Assembly: GCA_040386535.1 (NCBI GenBank)
Contig: JAZKFH010000006.1
Coordinates: 35,980 to 99,979, forward strand
Source: Myxococcota bacterium
GTDB taxonomy: Bacteria > Myxococcota_A > UBA796 > SXON01
Length of the DNA: 64,000 bases
Direction: 5' to 3'
Shown here: piece by piece, positions 1-8,891 of the stretch
How the letters are laid out: each line of letters opens with the position of its first letter
Numbering within the stretch: the stretch's first letter is position 1
The notes under the pieces: model-generated
Told to the model about the DNA's origin: nothing
Databases searched by the model: none
What the model saw: only the letters and a program-made list of their open reading frames with translations
Translations under genes and position numbers: made by a program

Positions 1-215
1 TGCCTTGTTTTCCTGCCTTCCTGCTTGTCCGGACTCCGGGCTCCGGGGGAATCAGGAAAGCAGGAATAGAGGAAAGCAGGAAGGAGGAGAAAGAACTCCG
101 TTCCGACCTCCGCCCTCCTACTTCCTGCCTTGTTTTCCTGCCTTCCTGCTTGTCCGGACTCCGGGCTCCGGGGGAATCAGTCCGAGCGCCGCCTTCCTAC
201 TTCCCGCTTGTCCGG
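1..215. repeat. Purine/pyrimidine-skewed TTCCTGCC / GGCAGGAA repeat element containing a 55-bp direct repeat (1-55 and 126-180)
   Basis: tgccttgttttcctgccttcctgcttgtccggactccgggctccgggggaatcag occurs twice, with inverted GGAAAGCAGGAA tracts between. The same motif recurs at ~46960-47020 and ~50200-50645. Confidence 0.8.
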
Positions 216-262
216 AGAGGCACGCCGGCACGCACAACCAAGCCGCCCGCGAACGCCCCCAC

Positions 263-1234
263 CTACCCCCCGAACGGCGCCACGAAAACCTGCTCCTCCA
301 CCCCATCCTCGCCGCACCGCACCGCGATCTCCCACCGGATCTCGCGGTGCTCGCCGGTGAGGGTGGGCGGGGCCTCGCGCGGGATGGGGACGGTGAAGCG
401 GCGATCGCCGTAGGGTGGCCCGGCGAGCGTCCCCGTCGCCTCGGTGACGACGCGGACGGCCCACTCGTAGCGCTCGCGCGTCTGGCCGCGGTCCGACCAG
501 CTGATGCGGGTGGCGGCGCGCTCGACACAGCGGAGGGTCCAGGCGAGGCCGCCCGCGGCCATGGCGCGGCGGGCGTCGGTGCGCACGGCCACGTCGATCT
601 CGCCCCCGAGGAGCGCGACGGGGCCGGGCGTCACGCGCATCCGAGCGCGCCCACGCACGATCCGGGCGATCCAAGCCGACTCGCGCACCGTGGCAAAGGC
701 GCCGATCCCGGCGAGCGCGAGGAAGACCGCGATCGCGACGGCCTGGAGCGGCGGGAGGAACAACGCGCCCACCGCGAGGAAGCCCGCCGCCAGGATCACG
801 GCGACGCCGATCCCGAGGACGAACACGCTCGCGGCGGCCAGCCCCCCGGCGCGCCGGCGCTTCCAGCCACGCCAGCGGGCAATCCACGGGTCGAGCCGCC
901 GTGGCGCGGGCCCCGCCACCACGAGGATCTCGGTGCGCACGGGCTGTCCCCCCGCGCCCGCCCACACGTCGAGGCGCCACACCACCTCGACCAGCGCCCC
1001 GGCGTACGACGGCGCGGGTCCGTCGGGGAGGCGGGCCTCGATCGGGGTCCCCGCCTCGACCGCGACGCCGCGCCCCTCGGCCACGACGGTGTCGGCGTCG
1101 GTCGCGGGCTGCGGGCCGCGCGCGCGCCAGGTGAGCGCCCACCGGAAGGCGCCCTCGCCGAAGACCCGCGCCCGCACCGCTTCGCCGCCCGTGTAGGCGC
1201 GATCGTCGAGCTCCAGCCGCATCGGCGCGTGCAT
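263..1234 (-). CDS. Membrane protein with two arrestin/Ig-like beta domains around a transmembrane hairpin
   Basis: ATG at 1234 overlaps the upstream stop (TGATG). Central hydrophobic pair LAAASVFVLGIG...IAVFLALAGIGAF. The motif 'P...PP(S/T)..G....(V/I).W.(L/I).V' occurs in both halves. Confidence 0.65.
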   Translation of the reverse strand: MHAPMRLELDDRAYTGGEAVRARVFGEGAFRWALTWRARGPQPATDADTVVAEGRGVAVEAGTPIEARLPDGPAPSYAGALVEVVWRLDVWAGAGGQPVRTEILVVAGPAPRRLDPWIARWRGWKRRRAGGLAAASVFVLGIGVAVILAAGFLAVGALFLPPLQAVAIAVFLALAGIGAFATVRESAWIARIVRGRARMRVTPGPVALLGGEIDVAVRTDARRAMAAGGLAWTLRCVERAATRISWSDRGQTRERYEWAVRVVTEATGTLAGPPYGDRRFTVPIPREAPPTLTGEHREIRWEIAVRCGEDGVEEQVFVAPFGG

Positions 1235-2712
1235 CAGCCCGCGAGCACGGCGTCGACCGCGGGCCGGCCCCAGCGCTTGACGAGCTCGCCCACGACGTGT
1301 TCGAACGCGCGCTGCCCGTCGGCGCCGCCGATCCGGGGCGCCTCGACCGCGAGCTCGCGCAGCAGCGGGCCGACCGGGGCGCGATCGTCGTGTTCCGTGT
1401 AGTGCTCGATGAGCGCCACGACCGCGGGGCCGTACAGGAGCCACTCGCCCATGCGCCGGCCCAGCACCTGCGCCAGGCCGAGGTCCTTGCGCGCGCGGGC
1501 GGGCTGATCGGCGAGCTCCAGCCGGCCGAGGTGCAAGGCGGCGCGGCCGACCTCGCGCGGGTAGGAGCTGTCCGCCTTCGCGGCCGCGAGCAGGGCGCGG
1601 TACGCGGCGCGGGCCCCGGCGGCGTCCCCGAGGTGCTCGAGGAGCTGGCCGCGGGTCAGGCGCGCGCGGGCCGCGAGCAGGGCTTCGCCGCTGGCCTCGG
1701 CGCGTGTGATCACCTCGGCGACCAGCATCTTCGCGTCATCCCGATGCTCGGGCAGGCGGGCGAGCGCCATGACCTCTTCGAGCCGTGCGAAGACCTCGGC
1801 GCGCACGTCGCCGTGGTCGCGCGCGAGATCGGCGGTGCGGTGGGCGAGCACCGCGACACGCGCGATGTCGCCGCGCTCGATCGCGACCATCTGCAGGCGC
1901 TGCGCCGCGGCACGGGCGAGCGGCACCTGCCCGGCGCGCACCGCCGCGTCGAACGTGGCCTGCCAGCGCGCCTGCACACCGGTGTCGCCGAGGCCGTGGA
2001 GGCGCTCCTGCAGGCCGGCCTCGACCAGCGCGAGCTCCGCGACGGCGCCGAGCTCCCCGCGCGCCTCCGCGAGGGCGCGGAACTCCGCGACCAGGGCGGG
2101 CACCCGGGCGAGCCCGGCGGCGGCGGTCTCGGCGTCGGCCAGGGCCCGCTCCAGCCCGCGCACCCGTGCTTCGAGGGTGGCCGCGGCATGGGCGGCGCGC
2201 TCCGGATCGCGGCGCGCGCCGTCGAGCACGTCCTTGGCGATGGCCGCGAGCGACCGCGACTCCGCGAGCGCGCTCCGCACGGCGCGCACGGGCGCCTCGT
2301 CCCCCGCGATGTCGAGGGCGCGCGCCAGCAGCGCGGCAAGGGCGACGTCGGCCTCGGGCGCGCCTTCCGGAGGGGTCGGGACCTTCGCCGCGAGCAGCGC
2401 GCGCCGCGCGGCCTCGACCTGGGCGAGCGGCTCCTCCGCGGCGACGGCGGTGGCGGTGATCGTGTCGAGCTGGGTGCCGAGCAGGGCCGAGAGCGCCCCG
2501 AGCAGCTTCTGCGCCTCGGTGGTGTCGGCGGCGCTGCCCTGCATCACCGCGCCGAGCGCGGCCTCGGGGTCCGCGCTGTCCAGCGCGTCCGCGACCGCCT
2601 CCAGCATCGTCTGGATGGGCGCGGGGCTCACGCGCGCGGCGGCGCGCAGGGCTTCGGGGGAGGTTCCACCCAGCGCGTCGAGGACGCGGCGGGCGCGGGG
2701 TTCGGTGCTCAT
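1234..2712 (-). CDS. Alpha-helical TPR-like repeat protein
   Basis: ATG at 2712 overlaps the upstream stop (ATGA). Ala/Leu/Arg-rich TPR-like helices (ARARLTRGQLLEHLGDAAGARAAYRA). Confidence 0.7.
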   Translation of the reverse strand: MSTEPRARRVLDALGGTSPEALRAAARVSPAPIQTMLEAVADALDSADPEAALGAVMQGSAADTTEAQKLLGALSALLGTQLDTITATAVAAEEPLAQVEAARRALLAAKVPTPPEGAPEADVALAALLARALDIAGDEAPVRAVRSALAESRSLAAIAKDVLDGARRDPERAAHAAATLEARVRGLERALADAETAAAGLARVPALVAEFRALAEARGELGAVAELALVEAGLQERLHGLGDTGVQARWQATFDAAVRAGQVPLARAAAQRLQMVAIERGDIARVAVLAHRTADLARDHGDVRAEVFARLEEVMALARLPEHRDDAKMLVAEVITRAEASGEALLAARARLTRGQLLEHLGDAAGARAAYRALLAAAKADSSYPREVGRAALHLGRLELADQPARARKDLGLAQVLGRRMGEWLLYGPAVVALIEHYTEHDDRAPVGPLLRELAVEAPRIGGADGQRAFEHVVGELVKRWGRPAVDAVLAG

Positions 2713-5700
2713 CCGCCGAGCTTCTCCCGCTTGGCCTTGTAGTCGGTCGCCCACGCGGTGAACGTCTTGTAGTCGGCGTTGTACTTCGCGGCGTTGGTCT
2801 CGGTCTCCGTCTTCGCGGCCTCGCGCTCGGAGATGGCCTTGCCCTTGATCTGCTGGATCTCGCCCTTGATGACCAGCTCGTCGGCGTGCTTCTGGTCGAG
2901 CGACGCGATGTCCGTGGTGAGCTTGCCCTCCTGCTTGGCGCGGAGCTGGAGCGCCGTCTCGAGCGCGGCCTTCTGCTCATCGGAGGCGCCGGTCGACGCC
3001 GCCTTCTGGTCCTTCGCCTGCGTGCTCGCGGTGTCCTGGGCCTTGGTCGCGGTGGCGCCTGCGTCGGAGGAGCCGCCGTCCGGCTTGTCGTCGAAGCGGT
3101 CGCCGTGTTTGGAGATGGCCTTGACCAGGTCGACCACGATGCCGGTGAGCGCCGAGTCGGGCTTCTGCACGTCCCCCTTGGCGCCCGAGAGCGTCTGGGC
3201 GCGCTGCGACTCGTCGGCCTTCGCCTTGTCGATCCCTGGCTTCTGGCCGACGGAGATCTTCTTCACCGGGGCGCCGGCCTTGGCGAGGGTCTCGGTTTCG
3301 GTGGCGAGCAGGCCCACCTGCTGCTCGGCGTGGAAACACGCGTACGCCCACGCGTGCTTCTCGGCGTGCACCTTGGCCGCGGCGACCGCCTTTTCCTTGG
3401 CCTCCATCATCGCGGGGATGTCGACCGTGAGGGAGAGGCCCATGAGCCCTTCGAGCTGGGCCTGCTTGGAGCCGATCTTCTTCGCTTCTTCCTCGGTGCT
3501 CTGGCGGATGCCCGTCATCTTCTGGAGCGCGTCGCCCGCGCTCGTGCTGGGCGCTTCGAGGTCGGCCGGCACCGGCTTGCCTTCGGCCTTCAGACGCGAG
3601 GCCGCGCGCGCCTTCGAGAGCGCCTCCCACGTGCCCTTGAACACGTCCCCCCACGAGGAGCCGACGCCGCCCGTGGCGTTGCCGGAGCTCGCCCCGCGCA
3701 TCTTGCCGGTGGTCTCGCCGTAGCCCTCCTGCGTCTTGAGATCCTGGGACTTCTGCAGCTCGTCGATCTTCGCCTTGGTGTCGGCGATCGTCTGCACCTT
3801 GGCCTTCTGCTCGGCGTCGTGTTGCGCGAGCGATTTCTCCAGCCGCGTGACCTCGTCGGTCGACTTCGTCGCGCTCTCCTGGCGCTTCTTCGCGGTGGCC
3901 TCCAGATTCGTCGCGCGGTCGGCGTGGGTCGCCTCGGTCTCCTTGGAGCCGTTGTACGTGCCCTTCTTGCGCGTGGTCTCGATCTGCGGCTCGAGCTCGT
4001 CGGCCTGCTTCACCTTGGCGGTGGCGGTCTCGCGGAGCTTCGCCGGATCGCCCGGCTTCACCGTGTCGTAGTCGTACTGGAGCGAGAGCCCCGCCTCCCG
4101 CTGGCGGGTCTCCTTGGCCTGGATGTCGGCGCGCGCCTTCGCCATCTTGGCGCCGGTCTCGCGGACGTACTTGTCCTTGACCTGCGCGTAGGGGACCTTC
4201 ACCGGGCCGTTCGGCCCGTCGACCGTGACCCCGTCGGCGTCGACCTTGGTGATCTCGGCGCGGAAGCGCCCGTTGCCGGTGTCTACGTCGGTACGACGCC
4301 CGACCCACCGGTCGAGCGTGCTCATGTGCAGCTCGTTCATCTTCCGATCGAAGTTGAGCTGCTCGTCCAGGGTCTGCACCTCTTTTTCGAGCTTCGCCTT
4401 GGTCTCGATGTGGTCGGCCTCCTTCTTGAGCGCCTCCGCCTCGGACTTGAGCGTCTTCTGCTGCTCTTCGAGCCGCTTGGTCTCGCTCTGGGCCTCGTTG
4501 GCCTTCTTGAAGCCGTCGAGGTGCTCCTTCTCCTTGGAGAGCGAGCCGTCGGTCTCCTGCTTGGCCTTCGCGTCGGCGTCCGCCTTCAGCCGGGCCGCGG
4601 AGAGCTCCTCCTTGTCGCGACGCACGGACGCATCGAGGCTCTTCTTCTGCGCCTCGAGCTCCTTGAGCTCCTTCTTCTTCTTGTCGCGCTCCGCCTTGGC
4701 GGCCTCGGGATCGTCGTGCTCGTTCGCCTTCTTCTGCGCGTCGACGGCGTCGGCGTTCTTCGTCTTGGAGACGCTCTCGCGGTACTTCTTGTACTCGCGA
4801 TCCCACTCGTCGACGTCCTTCTGCACCTTCTTCAGGTCGGCGTCGGTCTCGTCGATGACCTTCTTGAACTCGGCCATCGTCTCCGGATCGTCCTTGAGAC
4901 GCTCCGCGTTCTTCGTCAGGTCGTTGAGCGTCGAGGTGAGCTCGGCCGCGTGCGCCTTGGCCTTGGTCAGCCGCTTCTGGAGGGCCGACTCGAGCGCCTC
5001 GTGCGTGGCGCGGGCGCCCTCGGCGGCGGCGGTCTTGGGCTTCGTGAGGAGGCCCTTCATCTCGCGGAGCCCGGCGACGGTCTCCTTGATGCCCTTGACC
5101 GGCGCGAACACGTCCTTGAACAACACCTTCGCGACCGCCTTGGCCTTGGCCTTGGCGCCGTCGTCCTTCTTCGCGTCGGGATCGTCCTTCTTCTTCGCGG
5201 CGTCCTCTTCGGCCTTCTTCGCCGCGTCCTTCTTCGCGTCCGCGTTCAGGTCCTGCAGATCCTTGTTCTGCTTGTCGAGCGTGTCGTTGTTGTCCTTGAT
5301 GTCCTGGACCGCCTTGTCGCCCTGCGTCTTGCCCGCGCCCTGCCCGTCGCCGTCCTTGGCGTCGGCCTTGGCCTTGTGGTTGTCGTAGGCGGTGCCGGCC
5401 TTGTCCTTGAGCGCGTTCGCGCCGTTGTCGGCCATCTTCGCGCCGACCTTCTCGCCGTAGTTGCTCGCCGCGTCGCCCACGCCCGCGAGCTGCTGGGCGT
5501 AGAGCTCGGCGGGCACGAGGAACGCCGCCGCCGTGCGGAACACGGTGGTCAGGAGCGAGAGCGCCATCACGACCATGCCGAGCGCCGTGTTGATGCGCGC
5601 GAGGATGCCGCCCGCGCGGACGAGCCACCCGCCGATCGAGATGAGCGGGGCGCCCACGCCGAAGAACCACACGAGCGCGAGACCGACCGCGATGAGGATG

Positions 5701-8700
5701 CCGCCGGCCACGTAGGAGACGGCCGAGAGCGTGCCGCACAGCTGCGCGATGCCGTCGAGCGTGTCGCGCAGGCCACCGAAGAAGTCGGCGAGCTTCGCGC
5801 AGAAGACGCCGACCCAGTCCGAGCCGGAGAGGCCCTCGAACTGCGACCAGTCGAACGCGCTCGCAAAACCGTCCCAGCCCTTTACGAACTTGCCTTCCTT
5901 GCCGGGCTCCGACCCGAACAGGCCCGACCAGTACTCGTCCGAGAGCGGGTTGTTCTGGACGAGGCCGATCAGCGGGCCGACGAACGGCGTCTTGAACGCG
6001 CCCTTCGACGCGACGGTGAGGCCCTTGTCGGCGAGGTTCCCGAGGGTGTCGAGCACCAGGGTGTCGATCGCCTGGTCGGTGAAGCCCTTGATGAAGGAGC
6101 CGCCGAAGCCGTTGCCGAGCTCGCTGAGGATCTGCCCGGTGCGGCCGTACTCGGTCTGCCCGGACGCCACCGACTGCGAGAGCCCCATCTGGTGGTTGCG
6201 CTCGTACACGGCCTGCGCGAGCGGGTCGTCGCCGAGGGCCTTGAGCTCCTCGAACGCCGGCAGCGTCGGCGCCATCTGGTCGACCGACATGCCCGCGAAG
6301 GCGCCGCCCGCGCCATCCGCGTTGCCGCGGCCCGTGCCGTCCGTCTTCGCGTCGCCGTTCTTGCCGCCCTTGTCGTCGCCTTCGGTGGTGGTCCCTTCGG
6401 GCGCGGTCTTGTTGGCCGCGGCGGCCATGTCGGCCTTGGCCTGCGCGGCCGCGGCGTCGGGCTTCGCGTCCCGCTTGGCGCCGTCCCGCACCCGCCGGAA
6501 GGCCTCCTCGGTCGAGCCCCAGAACCCGCGGTTGTTGAACTCCTCCTCGAAGCGGGCCTTCATCGCCCCTTCGTCCTGCCCGCCCTCCTTGGCGCCCTGC
6601 CACATCTGGCAGAGCTGCTGGTAGGGCTCCGACTGCTTCACGCGGGACAGCGCGGTGGCGGCCTTGCTCTCCTCCTCGTCGTCCACCGCGTCACAGAGCT
6701 CGTCGAAGGCAGAGAGGTCCTCGATGAGGCCCGCGATGCCGTCGACGCCGTCCTCGTACTGGTCGACCTTCTTGCCGTGGTCTTCGGTGCCGTCGGCCTT
6801 GGGCTTGCTCGCCGAGCCGGTCGCGGGGACGAAGCCGCCGCCGCGCTGCTCGTTCATCGCCTTGTGTTGCGCCAGGAGCGCCTTCAGATCCGCGCCGCTC
6901 ACGTCGCCTTCCGCCGCGACGTGCCCCTCGGGGAGGCCCATCTCGAGCGGCTGCATGGCCCCGCCCGCGGCGAACCGATCGGCGGCGAGGTGCGCCTCGG
7001 CCTCGGCGAAGGCGCCGGCGTTCGCCGCGTCGAACGCGGGCAGATCGGCCTGGGCGACGTGGACGACCTCGTGCGCGAGCAGCTCCCGACCGTCGACCGA
7101 CGTGGGGTCGTACGCGGCGGGATCGAGGTACACGTCGCTGCCCTCGGCGAGGCCGCGGGTGCCGAGCCCGGCGAGCTTGTCGGCGGCGTCGGCGTCGGTG
7201 TGGACGGCCACGCCGCCGGCGGGGAGGCGCAACGTCGCGACGAGCTGGTTCACCAGCTGGCGGGTGAGCGCGGTGCGGTCGGCGTCCTCGTCGAGGGCGG
7301 CGCCGAGCGGGGTGGCGCGGCCTGCGTCTTCGTGGGCCGGGAGCTCGGCGAGGAGCCCGGCGGCCTGCGCGGCGAAGTCCGGGTACGGCGCGAACGTGTC
7401 GGCGAAGCTCGCGAGCTCCTCCGCGGAGGGCACCCCGCCGAGGCGCACGAGCGTCGCGAGCGTCTCTGCGGTTGCGCCGCCGGAAAGCGCGGCGCGCGCC
7501 TCCTCGAGCAGGGTGCGGGCGAGATCGACCGCGGCGGCGGATCCGCCGGCGGCGGCGAGCTCGTCGAGGCGGGCGGCGTGGTCGGCGATCCAGCCGTTGG
7601 CCCGCCCGGCGAGCAGCTGGCGAAGCCCCTCGCGGACGAGCGTGGCCGGGGCCGCGGTCACCTCGGCGGGGAGCTGCGCCTCCAAACGCCCGACCAGGAA
7701 ACGGCCGGCGCCATCCACCGCGCCCGGGGCCTCGACCCGCCACTCCGACTGCACGCGCCGCGCCTCACGCCCGCGGTTCTCGGCCTCGATCTCCAGCGGT
7801 TGCCCCGGCGAGGAGACCGCGTCCGTCTGCTGCGCGTCCTTGCCGAGGCTGTTCTGGATGACGTGCGTGATCTCGTGCGCGAGCAGCTCGGCGCCCGCCG
7901 GCGACGTGAGCGCGGGCGACTCCGCGAACCACACGTGGTCGCCGATGGTGAAGGCGCGGGCGTTGATCTCGCCCGAGGCCTGCCGGGCGACGCTGCCCTC
8001 GTGCAGGCGCGCGTCGGGCGCGGGGCGGCCGAAGACCTCGGCGAGGAAGGCGCGCTCGTCCCCGTCGAGGGGGCGGCCGGCGCCGCTGGAGGCGCGCAGC
8101 TGGGCGGTCCAGCGGTCCATGTCTCCGGGATCGGTCATGTTGGGCGCGCCCGAGCGCGCGGTCGCGGCGGCGATCTGGCCCTCGTCCAGGTCGCTGTCCA
8201 GGCCCGACTCCACCCCGCCCTCGGACCCGCCGGCGAAGCCGCCCGTGAGCGTGTCGAGGACGCTGGTGTCGAAGGTGCCGGCACCCGCGTCGGGGAACGA
8301 AACGTCGCGAAACGAGGTGTTGGCGAAGCCCCCGTCGAGCAGGGCGGCATCGAGCCAGCCGGCGTCCAGCTCGGCCTCGAGGGCGCTGTTCGTGACGGAC
8401 GATTCGACGGACGTATCGAGATCCAGCGCGGCCCCGGTCGACGGCGCGGGGCCCAGGCGCTCCCGCTCGGTCCAGATCACGCGGTACCACGCGCGCGCGA
8501 ACGTGTTCCACGTCAGGCTGGCGTGCCAGGGCAGGTAGGCCCGGAAGTCGTGCCCCGTCTCCGCGGAGGCGCGCATCAGATCGAGCAGGTAGAGCTGATC
8601 CCCGCTCTCGGCCCGGCCTTCCCGCAGGCCCTCGGCCGCCTCGTTCCCGAGCGCCGCCTGCACCTCGCTCCACAGCGGGAGGGCGGTGTCGAGGGCGCCC

Positions 8701-8789
8701 TGGGCGCCGGACGGCCGCGCCGACTGACGACGACGCGCCGTTTCCTGGGCGTTCGAAGCGGCTTGATCGCGGGTCAGGGCTCGTTGCAT
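2709..8789 (-). CDS. Giant protein with two DUF4157 (eCIS core) domains, a hydrophobic helical region and long coiled coils
   Basis: Two DUF4157-like motifs: GRPLD...ARAFTIGDHVWF...AELLAHEITHVIQ and V.VHTD...GLAEGSDVYL...GRELLAHEVVHVAQ. Hydrophobic stretch GGILIAVGLALVWFFGVG...ALGMVVMALSLL. K/E-rich heptads. Strong GC3 bias on this strand. Confidence 0.85.
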   Translation of the reverse strand: MQRALTRDQAASNAQETARRRQSARPSGAQGALDTALPLWSEVQAALGNEAAEGLREGRAESGDQLYLLDLMRASAETGHDFRAYLPWHASLTWNTFARAWYRVIWTERERLGPAPSTGAALDLDTSVESSVTNSALEAELDAGWLDAALLDGGFANTSFRDVSFPDAGAGTFDTSVLDTLTGGFAGGSEGGVESGLDSDLDEGQIAAATARSGAPNMTDPGDMDRWTAQLRASSGAGRPLDGDERAFLAEVFGRPAPDARLHEGSVARQASGEINARAFTIGDHVWFAESPALTSPAGAELLAHEITHVIQNSLGKDAQQTDAVSSPGQPLEIEAENRGREARRVQSEWRVEAPGAVDGAGRFLVGRLEAQLPAEVTAAPATLVREGLRQLLAGRANGWIADHAARLDELAAAGGSAAAVDLARTLLEEARAALSGGATAETLATLVRLGGVPSAEELASFADTFAPYPDFAAQAAGLLAELPAHEDAGRATPLGAALDEDADRTALTRQLVNQLVATLRLPAGGVAVHTDADAADKLAGLGTRGLAEGSDVYLDPAAYDPTSVDGRELLAHEVVHVAQADLPAFDAANAGAFAEAEAHLAADRFAAGGAMQPLEMGLPEGHVAAEGDVSGADLKALLAQHKAMNEQRGGGFVPATGSASKPKADGTEDHGKKVDQYEDGVDGIAGLIEDLSAFDELCDAVDDEEESKAATALSRVKQSEPYQQLCQMWQGAKEGGQDEGAMKARFEEEFNNRGFWGSTEEAFRRVRDGAKRDAKPDAAAAQAKADMAAAANKTAPEGTTTEGDDKGGKNGDAKTDGTGRGNADGAGGAFAGMSVDQMAPTLPAFEELKALGDDPLAQAVYERNHQMGLSQSVASGQTEYGRTGQILSELGNGFGGSFIKGFTDQAIDTLVLDTLGNLADKGLTVASKGAFKTPFVGPLIGLVQNNPLSDEYWSGLFGSEPGKEGKFVKGWDGFASAFDWSQFEGLSGSDWVGVFCAKLADFFGGLRDTLDGIAQLCGTLSAVSYVAGGILIAVGLALVWFFGVGAPLISIGGWLVRAGGILARINTALGMVVMALSLLTTVFRTAAAFLVPAELYAQQLAGVGDAASNYGEKVGAKMADNGANALKDKAGTAYDNHKAKADAKDGDGQGAGKTQGDKAVQDIKDNNDTLDKQNKDLQDLNADAKKDAAKKAEEDAAKKKDDPDAKKDDGAKAKAKAVAKVLFKDVFAPVKGIKETVAGLREMKGLLTKPKTAAAEGARATHEALESALQKRLTKAKAHAAELTSTLNDLTKNAERLKDDPETMAEFKKVIDETDADLKKVQKDVDEWDREYKKYRESVSKTKNADAVDAQKKANEHDDPEAAKAERDKKKKELKELEAQKKSLDASVRRDKEELSAARLKADADAKAKQETDGSLSKEKEHLDGFKKANEAQSETKRLEEQQKTLKSEAEALKKEADHIETKAKLEKEVQTLDEQLNFDRKMNELHMSTLDRWVGRRTDVDTGNGRFRAEITKVDADGVTVDGPNGPVKVPYAQVKDKYVRETGAKMAKARADIQAKETRQREAGLSLQYDYDTVKPGDPAKLRETATAKVKQADELEPQIETTRKKGTYNGSKETEATHADRATNLEATAKKRQESATKSTDEVTRLEKSLAQHDAEQKAKVQTIADTKAKIDELQKSQDLKTQEGYGETTGKMRGASSGNATGGVGSSWGDVFKGTWEALSKARAASRLKAEGKPVPADLEAPSTSAGDALQKMTGIRQSTEEEAKKIGSKQAQLEGLMGLSLTVDIPAMMEAKEKAVAAAKVHAEKHAWAYACFHAEQQVGLLATETETLAKAGAPVKKISVGQKPGIDKAKADESQRAQTLSGAKGDVQKPDSALTGIVVDLVKAISKHGDRFDDKPDGGSSDAGATATKAQDTASTQAKDQKAASTGASDEQKAALETALQLRAKQEGKLTTDIASLDQKHADELVIKGEIQQIKGKAISEREAAKTETETNAAKYNADYKTFTAWATDYKAKREKLGG

Positions 8790-8891
8790 GGACGCCGGTC
8801 CTCGGTGCGCGGGAAGCGCGGATTGTACCGTGGGGAGGTAACGCGGGGGCCGAGAATCCGGGGGTCCAGGGGTGGGCGGGAAGCGCGCGGC

